This document shows, one piece after another, positions 1 to 10,857 of a DNA stretch of 64,000 nucleotides; the first letter of the stretch is position 1; the number at the start of each line of letters is the position of its first letter. Source of the DNA: a virus; IMG/VR virus record IMGVR_UViG_3300032242_002477, positions 1 through 64,000 of that record. One strand, 5' to 3'. The translations under genes were made by a program, and so were the position numbers. The notes beneath the pieces were generated by a model. The model saw nothing but the letters and a program-made list of their open reading frames with translations. It ran no database searches and had not been told where the DNA came from.

Positions 1-105
1 GGCTCAAGCAGCTCAGGCGGCTCAAGCAGCTCAGGCGGCTCAAGCAGCTCAGGCGGCTCAAGCAGCTCAGGCGGCTCAAGCAGCTCAGGCGGCTCAAGCA
101 GCTCA
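1..105 (+). repeat. 18-bp tandem repeat GGCTCAAGCAGCTCAGGC (~5.8 copies) encoding (GSSSSG)n
   Basis: Directly visible; in frame with the tape-measure ORF. Confidence 0.95.
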
Positions 106-528
106 AACTCATCTTCTTCAAGCTCATCTAGTGATGGAAAATCTTGGTGGCGTTCTCTTACTGATTTCTTGTTTGGTGGGGGTAGTAATAACAGCACGTC
201 TATAACTGGTTCTTCTAATCCGTATGCTCCTAAACCAATTGACGTAATGAATGGAGCTCATTTATCAACTGGTTTTGGTGGAGCAATGTCTTCAGCAATG
301 ACTATTGGCGGTTTTAGAGCCGAAGGTGGACCTGTAAAAGCTGGAGTTCCTTATGTTGTTGGCGAACAAGGTCCTGAAATGTTTAAATCAACATCCTCAC
401 CGTCTGTAGTAAACTACGGAGGGGTAACTATAAAAATTGAAGGCTCTAAAAATCCTCACGAAACGGCACAAGAAATTAAAAAAGTTCTTGAGTACAATCA
501 CATGATGAAAGCAGCGGTGAGTTCATAA
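1..528 (+). CDS. Tape measure protein, C-terminal part (5'-truncated)
   Basis: Frame 1 is open from base 1; 'RAEGGPV...YVVGEQGPE' motif typical of tape-measure C-termini; precedes baseplate genes. Confidence 0.75.
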   Translation, partial: GSSSSGGSSSSGGSSSSGGSSSSGGSSSSGGSSSSNSSSSSSSSDGKSWWRSLTDFLFGGGSNNSTSITGSSNPYAPKPIDVMNGAHLSTGFGGAMSSAMTIGGFRAEGGPVKAGVPYVVGEQGPEMFKSTSSPSVVNYGGVTIKIEGSKNPHETAQEIKKVLEYNHMMKAAVSS

Positions 529-1871
529 TGACTTCACAAAATTTAACCTCTAAACCTAAAAATACTTCAAAAGGAATAAGAATATCAACTAATTTACTTG
601 CAGTAGCTGCTACACCTAAAACTGGACTGGTAACCCCTGACCCAAATCCTTTGCACAATACTTCTATTGTTTTTTCAACTAATATTGTGGGAACTTTTCC
701 TACCATAAAAAGCTCGAGTACTAAAACAGTAACTCAAACAACTCCGTCTGGTGTTAAAAAAACTGGTCAATTAACATCACCAAGTGCGAGATTATCTATA
801 GGTTATCCTCAGCCAAGTCCGTCTGCTACAACATCTCCTATACCATCTCTTCTAACACCTGCTCCTAAACCGCACCCTACACCATCCCCCACACCAGGAC
901 CAAAACCAACACCGCCAAAAAATAACGGTAAAGACAATACTAATCAAACATCAGACCCAGGCGACGCTCAAACTGGTGCAAACTTTACAGATAGTGACTA
1001 TAAATGGAATTTACCACCGCATTTATGGAGTAGACCTATAAGTCTTAGTAGCGTTGATATCGGCCCAACTGCTCGTGAAAGAATTATTGGAGCAACGCAC
1101 GGAAAAAATACAGGCAAAGACCTCCGCCGCGGCCGTATTAAATGGTACGCAAACCCAAATGATGCTTATACAGTAGCTGACGGTACTAGTTCAGGAACTA
1201 CTCAACAAGCAGCTACTGGTATAGAAAGATGTTTTGGTTTTCAATTTTTATGGAATCCAGAAAGTTTTGCTACCCAAGTAACTTTAAATATGGACGTAAC
1301 ACCTTCTGTTGCCGATGCTTATGCTGGTGTTGCTTTAGCGTTTCCTAGCGGTGAAAATATTCAATTTGTTTTAAGAATAGATAGAACTAATGATTTCGTA
1401 ACATTTGGAAATATGTCTAGCGACGATGTGTATAAAACTAGTATTTCATTATTTAATAATTACTATTCTGGGTATGATTATGCCCCAAACCTTAGTAAAG
1501 CTCCATATGCTATTAGAAATCTTTTACAAGATTTAAGATTGCGTGGAACTTTAGCTGATATTGAATTTCTTTATCAAGCTATTAATGGCCCAAATTCAAA
1601 TTGGACACCAGGAAACTCACAAGTTTCAGGGTGGGGTAAAAGAGGTGTAACTGGTCAGCCTACATCTGACATTGGGTTTTTGTCGTCTACTTTGCTTAAT
1701 ATTGACATTGGGCCTACTTCATTTGTTGGATTCGTAGACCAATTAGCGATAAACCACACAGCATTTACAGAAGATATGATTCCAATACGTACAGATGTTC
1801 AAATTTCTATGAGTTTAATGGCCACAGCTTCATTTGGTTCTGTAGCTCCTACCTCAGCTAAACCTAATTAG
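528..1871 (+). CDS. Tail/baseplate protein with Pro/Thr-rich linker (tube-initiator-like)
   Basis: 'FQFLWNPES' motif; position between tape measure and LysM/gpX gene. Confidence 0.55.
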   Translation: MTSQNLTSKPKNTSKGIRISTNLLAVAATPKTGLVTPDPNPLHNTSIVFSTNIVGTFPTIKSSSTKTVTQTTPSGVKKTGQLTSPSARLSIGYPQPSPSATTSPIPSLLTPAPKPHPTPSPTPGPKPTPPKNNGKDNTNQTSDPGDAQTGANFTDSDYKWNLPPHLWSRPISLSSVDIGPTARERIIGATHGKNTGKDLRRGRIKWYANPNDAYTVADGTSSGTTQQAATGIERCFGFQFLWNPESFATQVTLNMDVTPSVADAYAGVALAFPSGENIQFVLRIDRTNDFVTFGNMSSDDVYKTSISLFNNYYSGYDYAPNLSKAPYAIRNLLQDLRLRGTLADIEFLYQAINGPNSNWTPGNSQVSGWGKRGVTGQPTSDIGFLSSTLLNIDIGPTSFVGFVDQLAINHTAFTEDMIPIRTDVQISMSLMATASFGSVAPTSAKPN

Positions 1872-1880
1872 GAATTAAAA

Positions 1881-2165
1881 ATGACAATTTATCAAAATTC
1901 TAGATACATGAACGCAGATATTGAATTTATATCTTTAGTTGAATACGGGGATGCTAATCCTGTAGTTTTTTATGAAATACCTTCTATTGGTCAAATAGAT
2001 TATTTTAAATATACTTGGAAAAGTGGAGATAGGTTAGATTTATTAGCGGAAACTTTTTATAAAACCCCAAGAAAATGGTGGGTAATTGCAGAGGCAAACC
2101 CAGAAATTGTTGATATAGCAACTATTACTGCAGGAACTGTAATTAGGATTCCTCATAATGTATAA
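1881..2165 (+). CDS. LysM-like baseplate protein (P2 gpX/T4 gp53-like)
   Basis: 'GDRLDLLAETFY...WWVIAEANP...GTVIRIP'. Confidence 0.8.
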   Translation: MTIYQNSRYMNADIEFISLVEYGDANPVVFYEIPSIGQIDYFKYTWKSGDRLDLLAETFYKTPRKWWVIAEANPEIVDIATITAGTVIRIPHNV

Positions 2166-3594
2166 ATATTTAACTATACAATTTCCAGAATCTGGTGTTC
2201 AACCAATAAGAGCTAATTCATTTCGTTTAATTCAAAATAATTATGAGCATGAGTTAGCATACATTACGTTTAATGATTGGAATATGGATTTATCCGATAT
2301 ACAACCAGGACTTCCTGTAACTATTGAGTTACATAATTTAACAAAAACTCGTTATTTTGTAGGATATGTGCATCATTTGGAGCCTAAAAAAACACCAGGA
2401 ACCGCTACTACAACTATGACTGTAATGGGCGCATCTTATGTTATGAAACAATCTTTTCAAAAAGTTTATAAAAACACAACAGCATCTGAGGTAGTCAAAC
2501 AAATTGCAGAAAGAAATAAATTTGCTTACTATGTAGTTGACCATCCTCGTGTTTATCCTCAAATTGTTCAGTCTGGACACAGTGATTGGGAACTTATAGC
2601 TCATTTAGCAAAACAATGCGGATATATGTTTATAGTTGAAAATACTGAATTATATTTTCAACCTCTTACCGAAGATTTTACTAATAAACGCTCAGAAGCG
2701 CCTAAATTTGTGCAAAGAAATAGAGGTAATCCAAAAGGAAGCACACTTTACTCATTTAATCCATTAATTGGAGAATCTTTGTCGTTTAATGGGGTAAAAA
2801 AAGCAGCTACTGCTATTTCTGGTTACGATTACATAACTAAACAGGGTGTATTTTCTATTACAAATCAAAATGGAGTAGCTAATACAAGAGTAAACGCTCA
2901 ACATCCTCATTTTGACCACTTTGCAACAATGACTACTGCTACGGACCCAATATCGGCAGCTCATGAAGCTGATTCAGCAGAAGAGCTTACAAGATTTCCG
3001 TATAGAGCTAGCGCTGTAGTACTTGGTGACCCATCTTTGCGCCCAGGTATGCCCGTATTTCTTGACGGACTTGGGTTAGATTACTCAGGTTACTGGATAG
3101 TTTTATCTGCTGAACATGAAGTAGAAAATAGAATCTATACAACTAAACTTGAAGTTGGAATAGATGCTTTAGGAAGTGCTACAACTTGGTCTGGAGGAAC
3201 TCTTAGAACTCAAATTAACCTAGTTAAACCTATATCTTCTGCTTCAACTAGTTCTTTTTATACCAATGGATTTGCAGGAGATAGAATGACTAGTGATTCA
3301 AGCTATGTTAGTGCTCCTTCTCCTAAATCAGCTAGAACCGTACACCCACTAGCAAAAACAACAAAAATAAAGTCTAAAAGTGTAATTACTGTGTCTAAAA
3401 AAGCTCCAAAAGCTAAATCAAATATAGCAGTTACTAAAGTAAACAACAGGGCGCCAAAAAATACGATAAATAAACATGTAACTAATTTATCGTGGACTAA
3501 CACCCACAAAAATATTAAAAATCCAGCTCCAGTAGCTCCTAAATCTAGAAGTGCTGTAGTCACACAAAGATTAAGGAGAGCAGGTCATCTCTAA
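2158..3594 (+). CDS. Baseplate hub (P2 gpD/Mu gp44-like) with basic C-terminal extension
   Basis: 'Q..SDWELIAHLA', 'GDPSLRPG...SGYWIV..AEH'. Confidence 0.8.
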   Translation: MYKYLTIQFPESGVQPIRANSFRLIQNNYEHELAYITFNDWNMDLSDIQPGLPVTIELHNLTKTRYFVGYVHHLEPKKTPGTATTTMTVMGASYVMKQSFQKVYKNTTASEVVKQIAERNKFAYYVVDHPRVYPQIVQSGHSDWELIAHLAKQCGYMFIVENTELYFQPLTEDFTNKRSEAPKFVQRNRGNPKGSTLYSFNPLIGESLSFNGVKKAATAISGYDYITKQGVFSITNQNGVANTRVNAQHPHFDHFATMTTATDPISAAHEADSAEELTRFPYRASAVVLGDPSLRPGMPVFLDGLGLDYSGYWIVLSAEHEVENRIYTTKLEVGIDALGSATTWSGGTLRTQINLVKPISSASTSSFYTNGFAGDRMTSDSSYVSAPSPKSARTVHPLAKTTKIKSKSVITVSKKAPKAKSNIAVTKVNNRAPKNTINKHVTNLSWTNTHKNIKNPAPVAPKSRSAVVTQRLRRAGHL

Positions 3595-4084
3595 TTTAAA
3601 ACATTATTACGGTATATATCCAGGTCAATGCGTGGAAAATGATGACCCAGATAAACAAAATCGAATCAAAGCGCTAATTCCTCAGGTATATGGTTCAGAA
3701 ATGTCTGAATGGGTTTATCCTTGTTTACCAGTAGTTGACAACGCTAACCACCCAGACCATGTAGCGCATTTGGCGGCAGATGTAGCAGCTTTATTATTAG
3801 ACCACTCGATATCTATCTCAGGAACCACAGATAGCAATGGAACCCCTGCTCATACTCATAATTTTAGCGGTGGTACTAACGTTTCTCATTCAGGAACGGG
3901 TGGGACTCTTGCACATCCTTATGTACCTAGTTCTGACCCATTAGACCAAGATGGTTCTGAACTCGGCCTGCCAGCTGCTGAACATACGTATCACCGTGCT
4001 GTACCCAACGTTGGTCAAACTGTATGGATTATGTTTGTTGGCGGCGACCCTAACTTTCCAATTTGGATGGGAGTAATGTCATGA
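3587..4084 (+). CDS. Baseplate central spike (gp5/gpV OB-fold); start probably upstream of the called GTG
   Basis: 'YYGIYPG..VENDDP...RIKALIPQV' and 'VWIMFVGGDPNFPIWMG'; SD AAGGAG at 3573-3578. Confidence 0.75.
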   Translation: MSNLKHYYGIYPGQCVENDDPDKQNRIKALIPQVYGSEMSEWVYPCLPVVDNANHPDHVAHLAADVAALLLDHSISISGTTDSNGTPAHTHNFSGGTNVSHSGTGGTLAHPYVPSSDPLDQDGSELGLPAAEHTYHRAVPNVGQTVWIMFVGGDPNFPIWMGVMS

Positions 4085-4479
4085 TAGCAAGAGCTATTTC
4101 ATTTCCTTTTTCTTTTAATTCCCAAGGCGAAGTTAATTACACCACAGATGAGGCAACTATGTGGCGGGACAGAGTTGCTATTGCCTGCCTTACAGGTATT
4201 GGTGAACGTTTAATGCTTCCATACTATGGAAGCCACATACCTAAAACAGTATTTGAAAATCAAGATGCCGCTACGGTAATAGTTAAAGACACTGTTCCAA
4301 AGGTTTTTTCTCAATCGTTACCTTTATTAAAATTAGACTCGATAAATACTGAAGTTAGCCTTGAAACTGGTCAAATAGACGTATTTATTTTATACACACT
4401 ACCTAACGCTCAACAAGATACAATTACTGTTAAAACCGAACTTTTTAGTCGTTCAGGCGATTTGATTCAGGAGCTATAG
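4081..4479 (+). CDS. Baseplate wedge, gp25-like
   Basis: 'ISFPF...LT..GERLMLP.YGS'. Confidence 0.85.
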   Translation: MIARAISFPFSFNSQGEVNYTTDEATMWRDRVAIACLTGIGERLMLPYYGSHIPKTVFENQDAATVIVKDTVPKVFSQSLPLLKLDSINTEVSLETGQIDVFILYTLPNAQQDTITVKTELFSRSGDLIQEL

Positions 4480-4480
4480 C

Positions 4481-6661
4481 ATGGATAATTTTTTTGTACC
4501 ACAAGTAGATTATACGTCTAGAGATTACTTGGCTATTCGCGATGACATGACTAATCTTATCAACTCTTTTATTCCTCAATGGACTACCAGGGATAACTCA
4601 GATTTTGGAATAGTTCTTTTACAAATGTTTTCTTGGATGGGCGATTTGATGTCTTATTATATTGATAGGGCAGCAAACGAAACATTTATTTCTACGGCTA
4701 GCCAAAGAAATAGCGTTTTAAGAATTTCAAGCCTATTAGATTACTCCCCTACTTTAAGTAGTCCATCAACTGTAACGCTTTCATTTACAAATACCGACAC
4801 AGTTAATTCAAAATTAGTACCAGCTTTAACTCAAGTAGCGACTACCGCAATTGTAAATGGCACATCTACGCAAATTATTTTTGAAACAGATTCAGCTATT
4901 ACAGTCCCAGCAAATACTATTTCTCCAGGAATAAGCGTAACAGCTACGCAAGGAACAACAGTATCTAATGAAATTGTTAAATCAGCAGCTACTGGTTATG
5001 CCAATCAAATTTATCAATTAAATAATACATCTGTAATTGAGTCAAGTGTGCAGATAACTATTGACGGAGTATCATATCAAAGGGTTCAATATTTATTAGA
5101 TTACTCTGGAATTTCTCCAGTATTTTCTACTTATACTGATGGTGATGGATTTACTTATGTTGTATTTGGCGATAACATAGGTGGAAGAATTCCTCCATTA
5201 AACAAAACTATTTATGCAACTTACAGAGTTGGTGGAGGCATTCTTGGCAATGTTTCAGCTAAATCATTAACATATATTCTTACAAACTATCAAGCAGGAC
5301 TTAAAGTACTTAATCCACTAGCTGCCACTGGTGGTGCTGACCCAGAATCTACTGATTCTATTCGAGTTAACGCCCCTCTTAGCATTAAATCTCTTAATAG
5401 AGCAGTTTCGTTAGATGATTATGCTTCATTAACTTTACAAGTTTCGGGCGTAGCAAAAACAAATGCTGCAGCAGGAACTTATTCAAGTGTAACAACTTAT
5501 ATAGCTCCGTTTGGAGATACTGGGGTGCAACCAGATAATCTTACGCCTACCCCAGGTTTTAATACTCTTGCAGGAAATGTTTTAAATTATATGACTGGAA
5601 AAGCTCCTGTTAATACAACTCTTACAGTTTCTCCTCCTTCTTACGTAAATGTTGATGTAATTATTAACGTAAATGTTCTTCCACAATACCGTCAAACAAC
5701 TGTTCAGCAAGCTGTTTATGCGGCTATATTAGATTTATTAACTTTTGATAATGTTTTTTTTGCTGACAAACTTGTGCAACAATATTTTCATAACGCAATT
5801 TCATCAATTAATGGCGTAGATTATGCAACTATTAATTTAATTCGAAGAAATTTAAATCAACAGTATTTTAATATTTCTACAAAAGCTGCTAGTGGAACTA
5901 CCGCAACACTTACAACAACTGGACCGATTGCAACTATTACTGGCGCTTCTAGTGGTGGGACTATTATTTCAGTTGTTCCTGGATACGTTGGAAGCACACC
6001 TACATCTGGAAAAGTTACCTATTACACAACAAAACCTGTTGCTGTTGGTACATCTGTAACTATTACTGGTTTAGTGCCTACTGGGTATAGTGGAACGTTT
6101 ACAGTAACAGACTCAACCCCTTATACTTCATTTTCAGTGTCTAATGCAACCGTTACTACAGTTACTGATGGAATTGGAAGTTTTACTGACGGAATTGTTA
6201 CTTATGTAGGAGCTAATACTTTTAGCGCAGGTCAAACAGTAAGCATTACGGGGTTATCTACAACCGCATTTAATTTGACTGGTGTTACAATTGCTACGGC
6301 AAGTAATACAGGATTTACCGTAGCCAATGCAGCAACAGGAACAGAGGTAATTGGAGCAAATGCAATTGCCTCAACAACAGCCAACCATAATTTAACTCCA
6401 GGTCAATTAATAAAAGTATCTATTGGAGATACTAATCTTGATGGAACTTATGTAGTAACGGGAACACCATCTGCAACAACATTTACTTATACCTTGCCTT
6501 CATCACTTAGTCTTTCGTCTACTTCAACAAGTTCATCTGGCACATTACTTGGTGCTTCAAATGTAAGAGTTCTTGCAGTTGAAGATATAACTTGTACAGT
6601 TAATGAAATCCCTCAAGCTGGAAGCATAACGGTTACTGCTTCCAATGGAATCACAACCTAA
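4481..6661 (+). CDS. Baseplate J-like wedge with inserted beta-rich repeat domains
   Basis: 'DYTSRDY', 'SDFG..LL', 'GGADPES...RAVSLDDY'. Confidence 0.85.
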   Translation: MDNFFVPQVDYTSRDYLAIRDDMTNLINSFIPQWTTRDNSDFGIVLLQMFSWMGDLMSYYIDRAANETFISTASQRNSVLRISSLLDYSPTLSSPSTVTLSFTNTDTVNSKLVPALTQVATTAIVNGTSTQIIFETDSAITVPANTISPGISVTATQGTTVSNEIVKSAATGYANQIYQLNNTSVIESSVQITIDGVSYQRVQYLLDYSGISPVFSTYTDGDGFTYVVFGDNIGGRIPPLNKTIYATYRVGGGILGNVSAKSLTYILTNYQAGLKVLNPLAATGGADPESTDSIRVNAPLSIKSLNRAVSLDDYASLTLQVSGVAKTNAAAGTYSSVTTYIAPFGDTGVQPDNLTPTPGFNTLAGNVLNYMTGKAPVNTTLTVSPPSYVNVDVIINVNVLPQYRQTTVQQAVYAAILDLLTFDNVFFADKLVQQYFHNAISSINGVDYATINLIRRNLNQQYFNISTKAASGTTATLTTTGPIATITGASSGGTIISVVPGYVGSTPTSGKVTYYTTKPVAVGTSVTITGLVPTGYSGTFTVTDSTPYTSFSVSNATVTTVTDGIGSFTDGIVTYVGANTFSAGQTVSITGLSTTAFNLTGVTIATASNTGFTVANAATGTEVIGANAIASTTANHNLTPGQLIKVSIGDTNLDGTYVVTGTPSATTFTYTLPSSLSLSSTSTSSSGTLLGASNVRVLAVEDITCTVNEIPQAGSITVTASNGITT

Positions 6662-6669
6662 GGACGGCT

Positions 6670-7272
6670 ATGGCATATTATCCATCATCGGTAGCTTCAT
6701 TTTCTACTCATCTCAATATAACTGAGATTATTGATGCTTCTCATCCAAATAGTATTCAAACTGAAGTAGTAGCAACTCAAACAGCTATAGGCACAACGCC
6801 GTCACTTGCTACTGCAGCAACTGCAACTGGTTGGGTGAATACAGCTACTGACTACACTACTATAACTGCTCGATTAGCTAATATTGAAAAAGGCATTGTT
6901 GCTGATGCTCACACCCAATACATAAAAAATTCTATAGCTACTGCAACAGGAGACATTTTATATGCTTCTGGTTCAGGAGCTTTTACTAAATTAAGTTCTG
7001 GTTCTGCTGGAACTTTTCTTCAAAGCAATGGTGTTGGGGTAGCTCCTTCCTGGGCAACAGTATCAACTACTGACTCTGCAAAAATTCCTTTGTCTACGGT
7101 CACGACTTCTGGAGACTTAATTGTTGCTTCTGGTTCTTCTGCTGTAACAAGACTCCCAATTGGAGCCAGCGGTACTATTTTATATAGTAACGGTTCTGCT
7201 ATATCTTGGCAATCTCTTGGAACAACAACTGCTGCAGACATAATTATGACAATCATGGGAGCGTATATCTAA
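6670..7272 (+). CDS. Tail fibre/collar-like protein
   Basis: Two 'GDILYASG...TKL..G..G..L' repeats. Confidence 0.6.
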   Translation: MAYYPSSVASFSTHLNITEIIDASHPNSIQTEVVATQTAIGTTPSLATAATATGWVNTATDYTTITARLANIEKGIVADAHTQYIKNSIATATGDILYASGSGAFTKLSSGSAGTFLQSNGVGVAPSWATVSTTDSAKIPLSTVTTSGDLIVASGSSAVTRLPIGASGTILYSNGSAISWQSLGTTTAADIIMTIMGAYI

Positions 7273-7273
7273 G

Positions 7274-9310
7274 ATGTCACGTTACGGTATTGATTACTAT
7301 GGTGTTTCCACATCTCTTTATGGAAATGTTACGGCTGCAACATTTGTTGTACAGTCTTTTATAGCCAAATCTGGCTACGTAATCGGTACTCCTACATTTA
7401 ATGCCTTTCAATACGGTTCGATAACAATTTCTTGGGTATCTCCTTCTGGGGGATGGCTAAACTTAAGACTTGTAAGAAACTCTTATGGTTTTCCAGTAGA
7501 TGCTGATGACGGAGATATTCTTGTAAATGTTGCTGCTGGTGCAGACCCAACTTTATACTACGATACGGGTAGTGGTATCGGAGGTTTACAGCAAGGACGT
7601 ACATATTATTATTCAATATTTGTACAAGAACCTACACTTAATACATGGGTTCGTGCTGGAAATACCTACGGTATCTCTGTAAAAGATTTTGGCACAAACG
7701 ATATAATGCTTAATAATTTACCAAATATTATGAAATCTTCTAGTCCGTATCAACTTACAAGTGGAACTGAGAACACGGACTTGTCTATGTTTTTAAGCTT
7801 GTTTGCTTTTGAGTATGACCTTGAAAAAACTCAAGCATATAATGTTTTAAATACTTACGATACTACATTTGTAGACGGCCGTTTAATTCCACCATTAATG
7901 CAGGAATTTGGACTTGTGTATGAACCAGAAATTGGTTTACAGCAATCTAGAATTCTTTTACGAAATATTATGAATATTTATAAAAATAAAGGTTCTTTAA
8001 ATGGTCTTAAAACATTTATAAAAGCGTTTACTGGATACGACGCGTCAATAAAAATGGGATACAACCTTTTCTTAGATTATAATTGTTCTTCTTTTGAAGA
8101 GAGTACTGGTTTTTGGGCAGCTAATGCAGCAACTTTAATTAGTTACAATAAAAATCAAACACCAACTATTGCACCCTATCTTGAAACAACAGAGCCTGCT
8201 CTTTTTGCAAATTTAACAAATGCTGTTTTAAAAGTAGTACCAACTGCAAACGGAACGTTAACTTTATCTTGCGGAGATTTAGACCCAGTAAACCAAGGCA
8301 TACCAGTAAGTGAAAAGACTAGTTATGTATTTAGTATTTATGGTCAGTCAGCAAATACGCGAACAGTTTCATTAGCTATTAAATGGTACGACTATAAAGG
8401 AAACTATTTAAGCACCAGTTCTTTTGGAACTGGAGCGGCTTTAACATCAGGGGGATGGTTAACACGACCTTCTGTAACGGCAACTTCTCCTGCTACTGCC
8501 GATTTTGCTGTACCCATTATTAGTGTTGCAAGTGCTGTGACTACTGACATATATTATTTTGATGCTGCTTTATTTAGGTTGTCTACTGCAGATTCTATTT
8601 ATGATGAGGCTCGTAATATAAAAATTACTCTTTTACCAACTCGTACAAATGAATTGGTAAACCCTAACTTTGCATCAACATCTAGTTGGACAACAACAAA
8701 CGGAACTCAAACTACAGTTACAGCTACCCAACCTAATGGTTTTAGTGGAAACGCCCTACAAGTTACGAGAACTTCTGGAACGGTAACTACAAAATCAACT
8801 AATGTAACCACAATTACTCCTAATTTTACTTATACTTTTAGTACTTATTTAAAGTTATCAGGCGGAACAGCTGGAAGCGACGCGGTTAATCTAAGCGTGC
8901 AATGGTACAACTCTCTAAACACTCTTGTGCAAACAGATAGTGGACCTATCATTTTGGGAACAAATCTGTCCACAACTGATTGGGCTAGAGCGTACGCTAC
9001 AGGGACTGCTCCAACTACTGCAAGCTACGCTGTTGTAAATATTATATGGACAGGTACTCAGACAGCTGTAAAGCTTTTAATAGACGAAGCATTATTTGAA
9101 TTAAGCTCGTTTGTCAACCCTTATTTTGATGGAACAACTGGAAGCGCTACCCCATCTAGTCTTATGTGGGAAGGTACGACCAACGCATCCCGCAGTTTTT
9201 ACTACAAAAATAGAACAGCTATACAAGGACGTTTAATCTCTGCTCTTCCAAAGTACTTAAATACAGGAAGTTTCTTTGAATTATACTTTTCCAGCTATCC
9301 GCAAGGGTAA
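7274..9310 (+). CDS. Tail protein (P2 gpI-like domain plus carbohydrate-binding-like modules)
   Basis: 'YKNKGS..GL..FIKAFTG'; 'N.LVNPNF' CBM-like repeats. Confidence 0.65.
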   Translation: MSRYGIDYYGVSTSLYGNVTAATFVVQSFIAKSGYVIGTPTFNAFQYGSITISWVSPSGGWLNLRLVRNSYGFPVDADDGDILVNVAAGADPTLYYDTGSGIGGLQQGRTYYYSIFVQEPTLNTWVRAGNTYGISVKDFGTNDIMLNNLPNIMKSSSPYQLTSGTENTDLSMFLSLFAFEYDLEKTQAYNVLNTYDTTFVDGRLIPPLMQEFGLVYEPEIGLQQSRILLRNIMNIYKNKGSLNGLKTFIKAFTGYDASIKMGYNLFLDYNCSSFEESTGFWAANAATLISYNKNQTPTIAPYLETTEPALFANLTNAVLKVVPTANGTLTLSCGDLDPVNQGIPVSEKTSYVFSIYGQSANTRTVSLAIKWYDYKGNYLSTSSFGTGAALTSGGWLTRPSVTATSPATADFAVPIISVASAVTTDIYYFDAALFRLSTADSIYDEARNIKITLLPTRTNELVNPNFASTSSWTTTNGTQTTVTATQPNGFSGNALQVTRTSGTVTTKSTNVTTITPNFTYTFSTYLKLSGGTAGSDAVNLSVQWYNSLNTLVQTDSGPIILGTNLSTTDWARAYATGTAPTTASYAVVNIIWTGTQTAVKLLIDEALFELSSFVNPYFDGTTGSATPSSLMWEGTTNASRSFYYKNRTAIQGRLISALPKYLNTGSFFELYFSSYPQG

Positions 9311-9364
9311 TTTGGCTCTCTTTTAGATTTTAAGGTAGTCTTCGACTCCAACAAAGGGAGTCAT

Positions 9365-10015
9365 ATGGCAGAAAAATATGCAGTAATAATTACAGGCAAT
9401 GGCAACACTACTCGAGCTAACGTAGAGGCTCTTTTAGACGACCATTACTACGCAAAAGGAAAAAATGGCACTATTGTGCTTCCATTCTACGGTCGTCCAA
9501 GTCAAGGGCAGGTATGGTCAGCTCAATTGGCTAAATTCCGTGGTTTGGACATAGTAATTTTTTCACAGCAAAACGCATTTTTAGACAACATATCAAGCGC
9601 TTCATTAATTGAGACAGACACACCTATTGACGACGCTATCTCTCAGTTTAGCTCTAAAGAGCTGGATTTATTTATTCTTTGGGATGATGAAGATGAGGTT
9701 TCAGCCCGTGCTTTAGCCATATCTAAAAAGCTTAAGATTTCAGCTTTTGACCTCTGCGACGGTCTAGTTGTAATCACGCCAAATGCCTCTTTAGAGCCAC
9801 AAAATGTGCCTGACATGCCCGATATAGAGGTAGATGTTTCTGAGGCCTTTGAGGAGCCTTCTGAGGCCGAAGAAGAGGATTTAGAAGAAGTTGACTCAGA
9901 GGAGTCCGAAGATGAAGAAGAAACGTTTGAAGAAGTGTTTTGGGGGCTTCAAGCCCTTATTAAGGCACTAGCTAAAGCTGTAGTAGAGGAAATGAAGGCT
10001 CAAGGCCTAAAGTGA
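9365..10015 (+). CDS. Hypothetical protein with acidic C-terminus
   Basis: 216-aa ORF with SD; first gene of the replication module. Confidence 0.6.
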   Translation: MAEKYAVIITGNGNTTRANVEALLDDHYYAKGKNGTIVLPFYGRPSQGQVWSAQLAKFRGLDIVIFSQQNAFLDNISSASLIETDTPIDDAISQFSSKELDLFILWDDEDEVSARALAISKKLKISAFDLCDGLVVITPNASLEPQNVPDMPDIEVDVSEAFEEPSEAEEEDLEEVDSEESEDEEETFEEVFWGLQALIKALAKAVVEEMKAQGLK

Positions 10016-10857
10016 TATCTGCTCGAGCTTGGATGGTCTTAATTGAGGCTGCAGTAAACCACGTAGACCTTAGCGGGTACGCCATGTCTAAATCCTTTAA
10101 GGAAGGTCGAGATGCGATGGAGGCTGCCCTAAAAGAGCTTCGTGAGGTTGGTTATATTGAACTAATTAAGCAACAAATTAAGGGAAAATGGGTTACAAAC
10201 CAGTCTATTACGAGCACTGGTTACCGAGCCCTGGAAACCCGTTGTCAGATATCACTAGCTATGCAGAATAGCAATAACGCTGTTATATCTAATTCTTTAA
10301 ATAGTAAACCAGGTACACCGAACGAGTCGGTGGAAGAGTTCATGAAGGTAGACATTAACGTGGGATATGAGTTCTTTGAAAAACAATCTTCTATGGATAA
10401 AGACGAGCAGTTGGCCGAACGAAATAAAGCCGAAGCTAAAAAGAAAGCCGAGTACGTTGAGTTTCGTGAGAAAAAACGTTCTGAAAAACGAATTAGCCGT
10501 CATGAAGTTGCTCAAGAGCTTTGGACTGTAACTGATGTTGGTTACGATTTTGCTGACCGCATTCATAAATACTGGCACATTAAGCCTTGGTCCGTTACCA
10601 ATAGTAAATTTATCCCTGCACTTGACACGATGCGTAAAAAACACGACACTAACGGTCGTATAGAGGTTTTAGTTATGGACCAATTTTTTTCCAGCATTAA
10701 CTTTGAAAAGTACGATGATGCTGAAGCTGTTTGGCGTTTATTTATATCTAGATTTCCAAATTTTGTTCAACGTGCTAAGTTATCTATACTGCCCGAAGAA
10801 GTTTCAGATAAAGAGCTAGCTATTCAAACCAAATCTCGTTCATGGTTGGAGGATTAA
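10012..10857 (+). CDS. Putative HTH replication initiator
   Basis: 'EGRDAMEAALKELREVGYI' wHTH-like; immediately upstream of DnaC-like gene. Confidence 0.55.
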   Translation: MISARAWMVLIEAAVNHVDLSGYAMSKSFKEGRDAMEAALKELREVGYIELIKQQIKGKWVTNQSITSTGYRALETRCQISLAMQNSNNAVISNSLNSKPGTPNESVEEFMKVDINVGYEFFEKQSSMDKDEQLAERNKAEAKKKAEYVEFREKKRSEKRISRHEVAQELWTVTDVGYDFADRIHKYWHIKPWSVTNSKFIPALDTMRKKHDTNGRIEVLVMDQFFSSINFEKYDDAEAVWRLFISRFPNFVQRAKLSILPEEVSDKELAIQTKSRSWLED

